A DNA stretch of 64,000 nucleotides from Oculina patagonica (Eukaryota): positions 7,068,001 through 7,132,000 of the forward strand of contig NC_135758.1 of the NCBI RefSeq assembly GCF_052425735.1. The letters are read 5' to 3'. Positions 39,059 through 52,202 of the stretch are shown piece by piece. The position numbers were made by a program, and so were the translations under genes. Within the stretch, counting starts at the first letter, position 1, and every line of letters starts with the position of its first letter. The notes below the pieces were generated by a model. The model made no database searches. It saw nothing but the letters and a program-made list of their open reading frames with translations, and was not told the origin of the DNA.

Positions 39059-40318
39059 TTAAAGGTTTTCTTCCCTTGGCTTATTTTGCACGCCACGTTG
39101 AACATGGATTATTGCAGTTGTTGTCAGAATGGACGATTGATGCTTTTGGAGTATCTCCCCTTCGAAGCAGGTATTCCGCAGCGCAGGTGTGAACACTGAT
39201 CTCTTCAACATATTTTTATTATTTTGACGAAAACAATCTTCAACCGTGGCTATATTGCAGGATTCCGATCTTAACAAGCGGGTGTCTTTTACCGCGCTTT
39301 CAACTTCGGGCACATTTTTCTGTGAATCTCTCGGGACCATCCGTCTGACAGATCGCATAGCGCCAACTGCTGGCTGGATTGCTCGACGTTTTTTAAGTCC
39401 CAATAGCTCTTGCACGGCGGTCCTAAAACGGCGGTCCCTATAGCAGTAAATGATAGGGTTTATTAAAGAGTTCAAGTAGACACATGTCTCCCCCGACCGG
39501 AAAACCGAACTTGTAACACTGAAGAACCACATAACAGCCCATGGAGCAAACGAGAACAACACCACTGCGGTTACCATGAAAGTCGTCTTGGCAACTTTGG
39601 ATTCGAGTTTGGCTTTAACTAAGGCGGTGACCTGGTTGTTTTTGTTTATCTTTCCTTTCCGTACTCCAAGGTATACCATGATGTAGAAGTAAAATATCAA
39701 TATTACGAAAATAATCCCCACAACAACAAGGCCGGTGTACCAGCCTTCGACAACACTGTTGTCAACCCCAGCCGATTGCATCACATCACCTAAAACCGCT
39801 ACAAAAAACATTGACAACCAGCCGGCTATGGCGAGCTTTTTGACGCGATCTGTTGTGATGATCACCTTGCAATCCATCCATTTTCGTATCGCTACATATC
39901 TTTCCCAAGCAATCACAGTTAAATGATATAAAGAACACATGCAAAGGAAATCGTTCAAGCTCACGTTGAGCGCATCTAAGAGACAAATATGTGCAAACGA
40001 AGTTTGTCGGAATATTTTTATATCAACGGCGACAGACAACGGTATAGCTACAGCGCCAATAAGAAGATCTGTAACAGCCATGCTGGACAGCAGAATGGCC
40101 GAGGGCTTTTCAAGTACTTTCTTTCTCCTCATTGCTACAATCACTAATAGGTTTAAAAGAATGGTGCAAGGAGACGCAATGCATCGGATAGCGACTAAAA
40201 CCCAGGCATAGGTGGTGTTATTCAAGTCCCAAGTAAAGTTTGGTGTTAATGGGCAATAAAACTCCGACCTGATATTGCTGGAAGAGTTGGCGAGTGATTC
40301 TGTGGTGTTGAAGTCCAT
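39059..40318 (-). CDS. Intronless class A GPCR, 419 aa, copy or allele 2
   Basis: Same motifs as 12303-13562, with 16 amino-acid differences counted by eye. Confidence 0.92.
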   Translation of the reverse strand: MDFNTTESLANSSSNIRSEFYCPLTPNFTWDLNNTTYAWVLVAIRCIASPCTILLNLLVIVAMRRKKVLEKPSAILLSSMAVTDLLIGAVAIPLSVAVDIKIFRQTSFAHICLLDALNVSLNDFLCMCSLYHLTVIAWERYVAIRKWMDCKVIITTDRVKKLAIAGWLSMFFVAVLGDVMQSAGVDNSVVEGWYTGLVVVGIIFVILIFYFYIMVYLGVRKGKINKNNQVTALVKAKLESKVAKTTFMVTAVVLFSFAPWAVMWFFSVTSSVFRSGETCVYLNSLINPIIYCYRDRRFRTAVQELLGLKKRRAIQPAVGAMRSVRRMVPRDSQKNVPEVESAVKDTRLLRSESCNIATVEDCFRQNNKNMLKRSVFTPALRNTCFEGEILQKHQSSILTTTAIIHVQRGVQNKPREENL

Positions 40319-43300
40319 GTTGGTAGCAAGGAAGGTACAACATGCTCCCAGGTAGAAGGGTCCCGGCCTTTGGTGTTTGTCAAATCTTCAATTCACTGAG
40401 CTGTTTATCGCCAAGTGTCTTTCTATTACTTGGACGTTCTCTTTTTAAACTTGACTTTGTCTCTTCAAATGCTTTGTGCTGTAGCCACAGCGCCCCTTAA
40501 TCCTAATGATGGATAAGATTAAAAAGGAGTGATGCACTAAACGTTTTGTTTCTTTAAAAATGCCCAGTTAATATATATCGCCGGCACTTATGACTTAACT
40601 TAACCATGTGGCTCAATTTGGACTATTTCTCTCATTCGACGAACCAAAGCTACAACCTTCCGTGATATTAAACACAATCACACAAATTCACAAACGTATT
40701 TAACGAGAACCATTAAATCTCTCAGATAATGATTTCATAGCAGAACACCAGAACACCATTCTGTCTTATCTAATTTCATGGTTAATTGTCAATGACTCAA
40801 GAAAATCGCAAACAAGAAGGATATGCGTGCAAATTAAAGGGACACTATCACGAGCTTCACTTAAAACATTTTAAAGCCTCAAGACGTATAGAAATCTACG
40901 AATAGTGGTCCAGTTTCGTTCAAAGTTACTACGCCAGTGTACTGAAGCCATGAACTAGTGATATTTATGTGATGTCATCAGGAACTTTTGATCTCATTTT
41001 GAAAATGTCAGGCTGATTTTTTCAAGTTATGCCCTTGTGGCCTGATTCAGCTAAAAATTTCCAACGGCTCCCATCCACAAAATTTTATTTTTTAGTATTT
41101 TAATGAGTTTTAGTATTTTATCATCCCATTGTAATTTAATATATTTTCCCTTAATATTGTTTTTGTTATCGTTTTCTAAATTTTATATTACTTGTCAATT
41201 TTTTTCATGTCACTTTTTGTCAATTTTAACATTTTTCTTTATTTTTCCAGATTTTTTGATACAGAATCGTAAGGTTTGTTTATTTTTACATTTCATAAAC
41301 ATTCTGGCATGATTTTGCATCAATTTTTGTTATTTTCCTACTTTCTAAGAAAATGGTGAAATCCATGATGGCGGATCCAAGATGGCGGCTCTTATGACGT
41401 CATAGCCAACAAAAATTATGTCATCTTGTAGAATAACCTAAGGGCTTTCTACAAAGTGTAGGAAGATTTTGCTTTGCCTTAATAGAACGAAAACCCGGGG
41501 AGGGGTTCCATCCAAAGCTTACCCCCCCCCCCCCCTTGTACGGCGGTGGGGGTTTGAGTTTGCTTGTACGTCCGAGACTGAGTTAAAATCGTGAACTTGA
41601 AAGACAACTGATTTATTACGTTAAGTCAGAACCGAGTTTGCGACCTTTGTTTTGAGACGATAGCCTAGCCTGTTTACGTTTCACTTTTTCAATCCAGCTA
41701 TGTTCATTTAGTTATGTGCTGATTGTATCTTCATTAGTTCTCAACTACTGTATATCAGCGAAGAATCCTGACGTTTCGCGAAGAATGGTATGCCTTTTCG
41801 TTCTGACCTTAAGCTGAATGACAGCTCTTTGAAAGAAACATTCGAACTCTATGATCCTGGATAAGTTACTAGTAACAAGCTGTCCTGCAGCTGTAGTTAA
41901 TTATAAACAATTATCAAACTGTCTGAAGTTGTTTTAATTTTTTTTTAAATGTTACCTAACTGGTAATACAGTCGCCTATTCGGAATACAGCATTAGTTTC
42001 CTATGGTTTCTTACCTTGCATTGAACTGGAGGGCTCGAGGACCAGTCACTATCTTTAGAACACTCTCCATGCGCCTTATTCATTCGAAACACGTGGCTGA
42101 ATGGTTTTCTTGATAATAAAGTCCCAGTTGGAGGTACAGTATTTAGTTGTGCCTCGCTGCAGCACCGGTAAATGAAGACAATGCTTAACTGTAGCATGAT
42201 TTCTTTTTTGTACTGGAGCAAACAGGTTGGGGCCAAAGTAGTTCAGTTTCTGGTTTGACCATTTTTATGTGGTTGTCAGACGTCCGAAACAGAAAAAATC
42301 GCGACTCGGTAAATGTTTCAACACATTCACATTTGCAATTCAAATTTCCAAATGTTTGTGACTGCTCCGTTTTCTTATATTTTTTGCAAAATTTCTTTCA
42401 TTCAAATCTAGCAATTTGAAAATATGTAGCGTGGGGGCATTGAATTACTACCTTTTTTGAGGAGAAATATAGTCAACGCGAAGGGGAGAAAAAGGGCAAT
42501 CGTCATCAGTGCAACATGAATTAACGTCGGTAATAAACGATCACAAACAAATGACTAAAAGCTCGCTTAAATGTCAACATGTCAAAAGTAATTGTTTTTT
42601 AAACAATGTCTGCCTATACTAACGGTCCTATATATCCATGTAAATATCCGTTACTCTAAAGAAACTTCTAGTAGCATGTAAATATTATATTTATTTATCA
42701 ATAAAAGCGAGTTCCCTTCATTTTACCGCCAAGATCCGCGCCATCTTTAGGGCCCCTTACAGCAGTACGGTATATAAGATTTGTATTTAAAAAAAGATTG
42801 TTTAAAAAACCTATGGTTGCCGCCTATGGTCCGAGTCACCACGCAATTACATGAGAAGCATATGCGCATGCATGCTTATCTTGTCATTTACAGTGTCTGC
42901 TTTCGGGTTATTAGTCAACACACGTACGAACATCTATTGAGGCCAGCCACGTAAGTGTACTCAGTAAGCCTAGGGGCCGTCAGTGCAGTCTAGACTTGTC
43001 AAAAAGTCGACTACTGCCGGAAACGGGCTTTGAGGAAGTCTACAGTCTAGAGAAAGTCGAAAATTATAATAAATGACTGGAAAAAAAAAAGCGGCAAAGA
43101 AGAGTTTAGAATTCGTCCCGTCGTTTTCCGCCGCCTGTTTTCGCTTTTTTTCGCGTTCGCTAACCCTTGGATGTCCAAGAATGTCGAAAACGGCAATTTC
43201 TCTATAGTCCAGTCAACTTAGTATTACACCCAAAACAAATTGCAACAAAAATAAAACATGCCTTATTCGACTTCGCATATATTGAGGAATAACATACTAA

Positions 43301-44132
43301 AAGTCACCGTGAATCGGAGTATTGGAACCTCGTCTTTTTTTGCGATATTTGAACTACAATGAAAGATGAGAAATTTAATTTATGCATAACTAATGTGATT
43401 TTTACAAGTAACATTGAAGGGTCCTTATCGACAGAAATAATCAAGCTAGCAAAACCAATCAACGACAAGCCAACAAATCAGTTTACAACAAATGTAGCAG
43501 TTATTACTTATCCTATTTATTGCGTGAAATGACATTACTATTCTGCCCTTTTTGGTACCTTAGAGAACGTACTACCAGCGGCCGGATTCTGGCATAGATG
43601 CAAGTATAGTAACAACGTTCGCTAATCGGATATTTCATTAAAAAAGCTGAGTTTTCTTCAAAAATTAAAGATACTGAAAACTAATAAAGAATAATTATAC
43701 CTTATTGATGAAAGAATAAACGCTGGTCAAAAAAGTTACCGTCTGATAACTAGAATTGCGGCAAACAATTATGGCGGGAGTCTTGGATGAAACCCTTAAA
43801 ATAATCTGTCAGAAAACGTAATGCGTGAATTTGCTCCCCCCAAAACCCTTTCTGCTTATTGGAAGGTGCCTATAATTCCAAGAATCAACACTGATTGATC
43901 TTTGCAAAAGTCCCCCGAGTGACTGAGCCGTCACAGACGCCGGGGACACAACCCCGGCGTAACTATGGGCACGCCTTCATCTCTGCACTTAATTCTTTTA
44001 CAAAAGGATGAACAAATTCTTTCAGGAGTAGCAGAATGATTTTGGACAAAAGAAAAAGGGTTAAAACATTTGGAAAAAGTTTGGTAACAACCTGCAAATG
44101 ACTTGATAAACATGAATTCAAACTTTAATTTC

Positions 44133-44263
44133 AAACAACAACAACAACAACTTTATTCACCCTAAATATTTACAAAAGGAAAAGACATATATATGGTATT
44201 AATAAATAATTAAGGGTCTGGTGGCCTGAAATAACTGAAGAGTTTAAAAGGGCAGGCAGCCAG
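44133..44263 (-). mobile_element. Retroposon 3' end with AATAAA and a (GTT)n tail, mirrored at 46512-46641 (+)
   Basis: gggtgaataaagttgttgttgttgttg tail is present in both arms of the inverted repeat. Confidence 0.5.
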
Positions 44264-44429
44264 TGACAAGTATGGTATCACTCTATCCACTCAATATTAG
44301 CATTTGTATACAGCCACGTCAAATGCTATACAGTTTCGTACGCCAATCGTCACATTTGTTCAGCCACTGCGGTGGAAAGCATTAACTCATCAACAGACAC
44401 GCCTTTTTCTCGCTGTTTTAAAATCCTTT

Positions 44430-44770
44430 TTAAAAAATAAAAAATAAAACAAATATTTTAACAGGATTAACCCATCAGTACTTTGGAGTACTGTTATCTT
44501 AGGGGTCCTGTAAGATATTAAAATTTAAAAAGATGACTTACAAAGTTTAAAAAAAAGTTTAGAAATGTTAAAAAGACAACGGTTAAAAACAAATAAAAAA
44601 CTTATGAATAAAAATTACAAATAAAAATGTTCTATAACTTTTTGTTTAAAAAGAAGTCTAGAGTTCAATTTTTTCATGTCCGACGGTAAACAATTAAAAA
44701 CTGACGCTCTTAAAAACGAAAAATTTCGACGGCCAAACTCTAGCTTTATTCTCGGCAGGACATAAGCCAT
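44430..44770 (-). mobile_element. 5'-truncated L2/CR1-group LINE (end of ORF2 plus 3' UTR)
   Basis: Minus frame LPRIKLEFGRRNFSFLRASVFNCLPSDMKKLNSRLLFKQKVIEHFYL* resembles the LINE ORF2 C-terminus. A stem-loop (cagtactccaaagtactg) follows. Confidence 0.7.
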
Positions 44771-44779
44771 ACCTTACTC

Positions 44780-45720
44780 ATGCCATGTGCAACTAGGACA
44801 CTGTATGTATGACGTTATTTCCAGTCGTTACTTTACATATGTTTCAAAAAATATGGCTCTGCCACTGTATTTTTCGATGGTTATCGAAGAAGACCAGCCA
44901 CCAAATATGACTCACGATGAAGGGTCAGATGTGGGATAAGCGATGCACGATGTTAGATTCACTCGGGAAAGAGTGTATGTTATAAAGAAAGATTTCCTTT
45001 CCAAAATGTGAAACAAGATAAGGTTCGTCGCGCTACTACCTTTGCATTTTAAACGGCATAGTAATGACGTATTACATGCGTAGGGTAATGCCGAAGTCCT
45101 TTTGATACAAAATACAGTTGTCACAAGATGCAACACTGTAATAGTTGGAGATTATACATTCCTCCTTTCACTCTGTTCAAGAGCAGTGGACATAATTAAC
45201 TCACAAAGTAAATATTGGCATTGGCATTCAAAATCTGTTTCCTTGAAGAAACTCGACTCTGGGGCATTTTCCAGGAAATATTCTGAAGTATTTAACTACC
45301 AACAAGCCACTAGGGTTGCCGTTATTACAGCAGGAGATTGACTCCCTGTTCTGTCTCTAAAATAATAACCCTGGAGAAAAGCTGGATGTCCTTCAAGTGA
45401 GGCACTTTCGCAGCAAAGTTTTACCCAGCATGCTACCCACACGTCGGGATATAATGCCTATTCGTAGCACAGCCTGAGGGTCTATCATCAAGTACAGCAG
45501 TGGAATGGAGTCAACAAGTGCACTGAGGACTGGGGATGCAAACCGATGGAAGGTAATTAAAGAAAGCATGGTTACTGTGCAGTTGAACACGCAGTCACTT
45601 AAAGCGTACTTGTTAAAAGCAATCGAATGCAAAAGCAACTGGGGTACCAAATGGGTGCAGTGTATAAGCTTACTTTGCTCAGGTGTTGTTGTAGAAAGTT
45701 GCACTGAGGATCTGTGAGAC
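44780..45720 (+). pseudogene. Decayed Academ transposase remnant (XPG/PIN-like nuclease and Cys-rich tail)
   Basis: Ordered fragments with stops and frameshifts: ATVFFDGY, KKDFLSKM*NKIRFV, LHA*GNAEVLLIQ, TVIVGDYTFLL, VITAGD, MLPT, HSLRVYHQVQQW, EDWG, LLKAIECK. Confidence 0.75.
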
Positions 45721-48700
45721 GTGAAAGTTCGAGGTCATTTCAGCTTATGTATTTGTTAATTAAGAAATGATCCTTTCCGTAAAAGCCACTGCAACAACGT
45801 TAGGGCGGGCGGTTATGTCTGTTCAGAACATTTCGATAATATTGGACCGAAAATATCCTACATGTTTTCGTCAGTGATCACTTTGACCATTTAACTCGAC
45901 TTGTTGCAGTACATTTTAGTGTGAAAATATTAAATCCAATTTAAAATACAGGCCAAATTTTTCTTACTTTGATATTTTAGTCACTGCAAGACAAAAATAT
46001 TCTGATTTCTTAAATATTTTTTTTATAAATCTGAATTGATCGGAACATATTTTCCCGAAAAATCAATGGCGGCTATTGGAATTAAATCTGTGACGCCATC
46101 ATTACGTCACACATGAAAACATTTGTGTTACTATATTGGTAATGAATCAATCAGTTGTTATACCAATTTTGGTTTAGCTGTCTTTATTATTCGCGGAATT
46201 ACAGACGCTAGTCATTTGTTTTATTTGGTTCCGCCATATTACATACCAGCCAATTTGGGAATTTCGAAAATGGTTTGAAAGTCATAAAAAATACAAGGTT
46301 CCAATGCTTAGATTTACGGTGACTTTCAGCAGCGTATTCTACACCAAATTTGAAGTCAAGAACAGCATGTTTAATTCCAAGTTTGTTGCAATTTGTTTTG
46401 GGTGCAATACTAATTTAACTGGACTAATTGGCGTGCAAAAACTGTATAGCATTTGACGTGGCTGTATACAAATGCTAATATTGAGTGGATAGAGTGATAC
46501 CATACTTGTCACTGGCTGCCTGCCCTTTTAAACTCTTCAGTTATTTCAGGCCACCAGACCCTTAATTATTTATTAATACCATATATATGTCTTTTCCTTT
46601 TGTAAATATTTAGGGTGAATAAAGTTGTTGTTGTTGTTGTTTGAAATTAAAGTTTGAATTCATGTTTATCAAGTCATTTGCAGGTTGTTACCAAACTTTT
46701 TCCAAATGTTTTAACCCTTTTTCTTTTGTCCAAAATCATTCTGCTACTCCTGAAAGAATTTGTTCATCCTTTTGTAAAAGAATTAAGTGCAGAGATGAAG
46801 GCGTGCCCATAGTTACGCCGGGGTTGTGTCCCCGGCGTCTGTGACGGCTCAGTCACTCGGGGGACTTTTGCAAAGATCAATCAGTGTTGATTCTTGGAAT
46901 TATAGGCACCTTCCAATAAGCAGAAAGGGTTTTGGGGGAGCAAATTCACGCATTACGTTTTCTGACAGATTATTTTAAGGGTTTCATCCAAGACTCCCGC
47001 CATAATTGTTTGCCGCAATTCTAGTTATCAGACGGTAACTTTTTTGACCAGCGTTTATTCTTTCATCAATAAGGTATAATTATTCTTTATTAGTTTTCAG
47101 TATCTTTAATTTTTGAAGAAAACTCAGCTTTTTTAATGAAATATCCGATTAGCGAACGTTGTTACTATACTTGCATCTATGCCAGAATCCGGCCGCTGGT
47201 AGTACATTCTCTAAGGTACCAAAAAGGGCAGAATAGTAATGTCATTTCACGCAATAAATAGGATAAGTAATAACTGCTACATTTGTTGTAAACTGATTTG
47301 TTGGCTTGTCGTTGTTTGGTTTTGCTAGCTTGATTATTTCTGTCGATAAGGACCCTTCAATGTTACTTGTAAAAATCACATTAGTTATGCATAAATTAAA
47401 TTTCTCATCTTTCATTGTAGTTCAAATATCGCAAAAAAAGACGAGGTTCCAATACTCCGATTCACGGTGACTTTTAGTATGTTATTCCTCAATATATGCA
47501 AAGTCGAATAAGGCATGTTTTATTTTTGTTGCAATTTGTTTTGGGTTAGACAACGAAATGGCTTATATTGACTGGACTACTAGGAGTTTGAGGACAAATT
47601 CATAGCTTCAGTGTGATAAAAATTATCCAGGAAGCAGGCGAGGAATTCGACAGTGATTTTAGCCTATAATGCAGTGAACAGTGAACAAAAATGTTAGCGC
47701 CACACTCAACACGGGAAACAAACCAAAACTGACCGTTGAAGTTCAGCTGTGCTACTTGAAAACTCTATACACGGGAGAAATATTTGACAAACACTAAAAA
47801 TGTCAAGTGATCTTGAATGAAAATTTTAAAAATATCACATTTTGTAGTCTTTGGTTTATAAATTGTGCAATTGTAGTGGAAAAAAAGTTTTTGTGCGATT
47901 TATATTAATAAAAACAAAATATTCAGCAGTCAGACAAAATAAATTAAATCGATCATTATGCTAATTTTTTAGGTAAAGCGCCACGTTCGATGTAATGCTC
48001 CAGTAACCACCAACAATTGTTTGTAATCGATAATTTATTTAAAATTTATTTATTTTCATTTCTCGCCTTATGGAATATAAATTTATCGTTAGCCTATATG
48101 AAATGATGGTTTAGTTTTTATGGAAACCTTGGGTATCATTTAATAACGAATTGCGAAATTCAGCATTGAATTTTCGCGAAGAAGAAAAAATGGCTATGGA
48201 AAGGATGAAGAGAAAGTTATTCAATAGACTTTGTGATACATAAAAAGGTACGCTAATATTCATGTCGAGTATTTTCAATTGCAATTTTCGATACGTTTGC
48301 AAGTGAAAACGAGCACTGCCAAATGCCACATAAGACTCCAAGGTGCAAACTACTATCAGGTGTAACATGCAGCCGCTTTCTTTTCCCTTTTTTTTTGGTG
48401 AAATCTCAAACAAATCCGTATTTATTGTCTTCCTGAATTCAAGTGCGTTACAGACATGCAGACTCCTTCACGTCAGCAGTCATAAAAGACACAAATTGAA
48501 GCGATTGACGGTTTTTTGGCTCTTGCCAGGAGAGGAAAAGTGGCCTCGTTAAGCAATTGCAGTATTATCTAAAAGAAAACATATTGGCTTTGAGCACATG
48601 CAGTTAACAATGTGTGAAACAACGAGGTCTATTAGCGGAGTGCGTTCGAGTCAATTTTATGTGCCTTAATGAAAACAAGTTTCGACTGTTACTATGCCTT

Positions 48701-48938
48701 TGACCATGGATTACTGAAATCTTATAGAATTCAGTATAACAATATTCAAACGCTTTGATCCTCTCAAGCACTGAAGGATAAGATTTGTCGATATACGAAA
48801 ACGAATTTCTCGAGGATACTTACAGTGACACAATGTGGAGATATATGATTGGTGTATTCAGATAAACACGCTCCTAAAATAGAATTACACACGGGAAAAA
48901 TCTTGTTTGAAAGCTCAAAGAACACATCCCTGGCATAA

Positions 48939-49843
48939 TGCATCAGTCAATTGAAACCCCGGCCCCCCGACCCCCGGGACTTAGCGGGGATTTAACGCGT
49001 CCAAAGCCGGGATTTAACGCACTTTTAACGGCGCGTTGGCTCCGGTGGTCGGTGGTTTTAACAAAATGTCAGTAGAGCGGGGCCGTGGAGCGGTGATTTA
49101 ACAGCACGCGATCACCTGATCCGGGGACGGCAGCCGGGATTTAACATAAAGGACTAAATGCTTTTCTCAAAATGTTCGTTCTGAGGAATCCGTTCTTAAA
49201 AGTCTCCACGCTTCTTCCTTGATAAAGCCTTTAGCGACGCCTGGGTTTGCATTTAATGTGTTTGCACGATAAAAATAGACTGATTGTACTTGGAATCTGC
49301 CACCTTTGTACACTATCGTCTCCAAGAAAGTAGTTTCTGTTTCTGAGATTTCAGCCGTGAATTATATCGTAGGGTGAAAGCTGTTTACCTTAAGATGAAA
49401 TTCTTCTATTTTGTCTCTTCTTGTGTCCCACATGAGTTTAAAAGACGTCGACAATAAATCGTTTCCAAAGGATAGCCTTATTCTATTTTGTTTTCTATTT
49501 TGGCCTTGACATGACAGCAGAAACTGCGCGATTGTCGTGCCCATGGCTGTTTGATGTGCTTATCAGTAAAAGATAATCTTTTCCATTGAATTAGAACGAG
49601 CTTTCTTGAAAGACCACACTGAGCATCTCTCTTAAAAACCTGTTAGTTACTGCAACGAAATCAAGATTTTTGTCCGTTTTTTTTTCCTGAAAGTCGATTC
49701 GGATGCCCCCTCTATGCGGGGCTTTTAACAGACGTCTAGGCCCCTAGGGCGGGGAAATAAGCCGGGTTTTATCACTTGGTAAATGTTAAATTCCCCGGTA
49801 AGTCCCGGGGGTCGGGGGGCCGGGGTTTCAATTGACTGATGCA
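48939..49843. mobile_element. PIF/Harbinger-like non-autonomous element
   Basis: TAA TSD, ~45-bp perfect TIR TGCATCAGTCAATTGAAACCCCGGCCCCCCGACCCCCGGGACTTA and subterminal GGGATTTAAC repeats. Confidence 0.85.
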
Positions 49844-49916
49844 TAAACCTTGTGGAGTCATCAGATCTTTGCAGCCTTTGATAAGTAATCACAAATATTG
49901 CAACCATCGATCCACG

Positions 49917-52202
49917 ATGAAGTATTTCTTCCACGCTATCCTGTTGGGTTATTTTGTAGCGGCACTTGCAAATTCAAATCTGACGACGAAACCCGCGAAA
50001 AATGACAACGAAACGAAGAAAGCTTCGCAGTGTAATGTCAATAATAACAATTATAACAGCTTCTTTGCCGGACCAAACTCCAAGAAAATCGAAAATATGT
50101 TTTCTGAAGTGAAGCAAGAGCTGGCCGAATTAAAACAAGAAATCAGGGAAATCAAAGAAAACCGAACTGGCGGCCCGGGTGCAAAAGGTTTGTGAGAAGA
50201 CTTTTAAAAACGCAAGCAAATACAATACTTTCAATTGTCGAGAGTGATACTGTTGTTTCAGGACTGTTTCGGTGCTCGGTAGCCTCGATAATTTCCGTTA
50301 AAAATAACGTAAAAATCCATAAAGATTGAAGCAGAACAAGTGCATTTTGGTGTATAAACATACTGTAGCTTGTTAACTGAACATTTATTTCTTGATAGTT
50401 GACAACAGTACGACGAAATCTTCACAGTGTAATGCCATTGATAAACTTCAACAGCTCTTTGCAGAACCAAACCACACCAAGAAAATCGAAAAAATGATTT
50501 CTGGAGTGAAACATCAACTGGCTGAACTTAAAGAAGACATCAAATACATAAAAGAAAACCAAACTGGCGGCCTGAATGGAAAAGGTACGGTTCGTTACAG
50601 GGACTCGAGCTCGGTACTTGTTCGATAGCTCTGCTCGAATTTAGTTTATCTCGATTGTCATACCCTTGTTTTTTATTGTTTCAGTGTCCAGTTTCCTCAA
50701 AATTTAGCCTACAAAATAATGCTTAAATATGGGTCAAATAAATAAATTGATTCAGTTTCCGCTAGCAGACCAAGTGCATCTCAATTTATATGAATATACT
50801 ATACCACCAAACTAACTGAAACTTTTTCTTTAAAGCTGACAACGACAACAGTACAATGAAAGTTACCAAGTGCAATGCGGCCGGAATAAACCACACCAAC
50901 AAACTGATCGAAAATATGTTTTCTGAAGTGAAACAACAGCTGGCCGAACTTAAACAGCAAATCACGAATAAGTGTGGAAAAGGTTTGTTAAGAAGAAACT
51001 CGTTTTGAGCCTACAAAATCATAAGAAAAAGTGAAAATTTTGAAGCTAGTTCACTTGCAGTTTGACTTACTTGCATGCCCACCACTAAATTAACTGAACT
51101 GAAAATCTGTTTCTTGAAAGCGTTTTTTAAAGATGACTGCGCGAAGAAGGCAAAGATACGTGTTTGAAAGTTTATGTATTAAGAATTTTATGTATGAAAA
51201 GAAGGTAAAGTTGATTGTATTGTACAATTTGCAGTTTACAAGAACTGTGCCCATGCTTACCACTCAGGTGAAAAAGTTAGTGGCGTGTACGTTATTGATC
51301 CTGATGGTTTGGGTGCATTTGAAGTCTTCTGTGATCAGAATACAACCGGTGGAGGATGGACGGTGTTTCAGAAGAGATTTGACGGCTCTGTAGACTTCTA
51401 CCGTGGATGGGATGACTACAAGCGAGGCTTTGGCAATCTGAATCGAACGGCGAGTTTTGGCTCGGACTGGACAAGATTCACCGCCTGACTGTAAACAGCA
51501 GTAGCAAGCTTCGCGTTGACTTGGAAGACATCCATAATAATAAAGCATTTGCAGAGTACAGCTCGTTTTCCGTGGCAAGTGAGAGGGTGAAGTACCAGCT
51601 GAATTTGGGAAGTTATTCAGGTGAGCCTATAGCTATATTTCTTGACTTAAATATAGTCTGAATCGGGTTTTATAGTCGAGTTTCCTGAAACTTTGCATTA
51701 ATATAGAGCTCGTCCTCTGTGCCTACCGTGAATAAAATCGATACTAGACGGCGTTAGCGGTCATTCAAACATGTTTTGTAAAAAGAAAAAGAAAAAAGAA
51801 AACTATTAAGTGTGATTTTGATAACCGGATGCTTTAGTCCTCTCTAGTGCTTTTATAAAAAGCAATATTAACCTTGACTTTTTTCTACTCTTTGTATGTT
51901 CTTGTTGTTCTCATTGTTTACATGTTCTTTTATTTTTTTTTTCAGGTACCGCTGGCGATTCTCTCTACCGTCACCGTGGCTCACCGTTTACCACCAAAGA
52001 TCGCGATAATGACAGTTATGGGAACAATTGCGCTGTGACTTGGAAGGGCGCCTGGTGGTACTACAGTTGCCATAACTCAAACCTCAATGGGTTACAGTAT
52101 TTCAGTGGTAAGAACAGCCCTAAAGGAATATGGTGGTATACCTGGAAATTATATGGAGCTGTAAGGAGGTCCGAGATGAAGATTCGTCCAAATAACTTCT
52201 AA
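49917..52202 (+). pseudogene. Secreted fibrinogen-related protein (signal peptide, three coiled-coil exons, FReD domain), frameshifted in this assembly
   Basis: Exons 49917-50187, 50399-50584, 50836-50982, 51235-51620 and 51946-52202, with all introns phase 1 and GT-AG. FReD motifs: GGGWTVFQKRFDGSVDF, GEFWLGLDKIHRLT, FTTKDRDND, GAWWY, SNLNG, EMKIRP. A 5-nt extra AATCG at 51441-51445 breaks the frame. Confidence 0.88.

Larger units (their letters stand above)
43205..47579 (+). mobile_element. Academ-type DNA transposon, non-autonomous, with ~1.14-kb inverted arms
   Basis: Ends TAGTCCAGTCAA...TTGACTGGACTA are flanked by CTA on both sides (43202-43204 and 47580-47582). Arms 43205-44347 and 46427-47579 are near-perfect reverse complements, and the same 67-aa ORF appears on opposite strands. 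Confidence 0.85.

Noticed and set aside
43931-44134. Identical 67-aa ORF present twice (also 46641-46844)
   Set aside because: A by-product of the inverted arms, with a TTG start and no recognisable domain.
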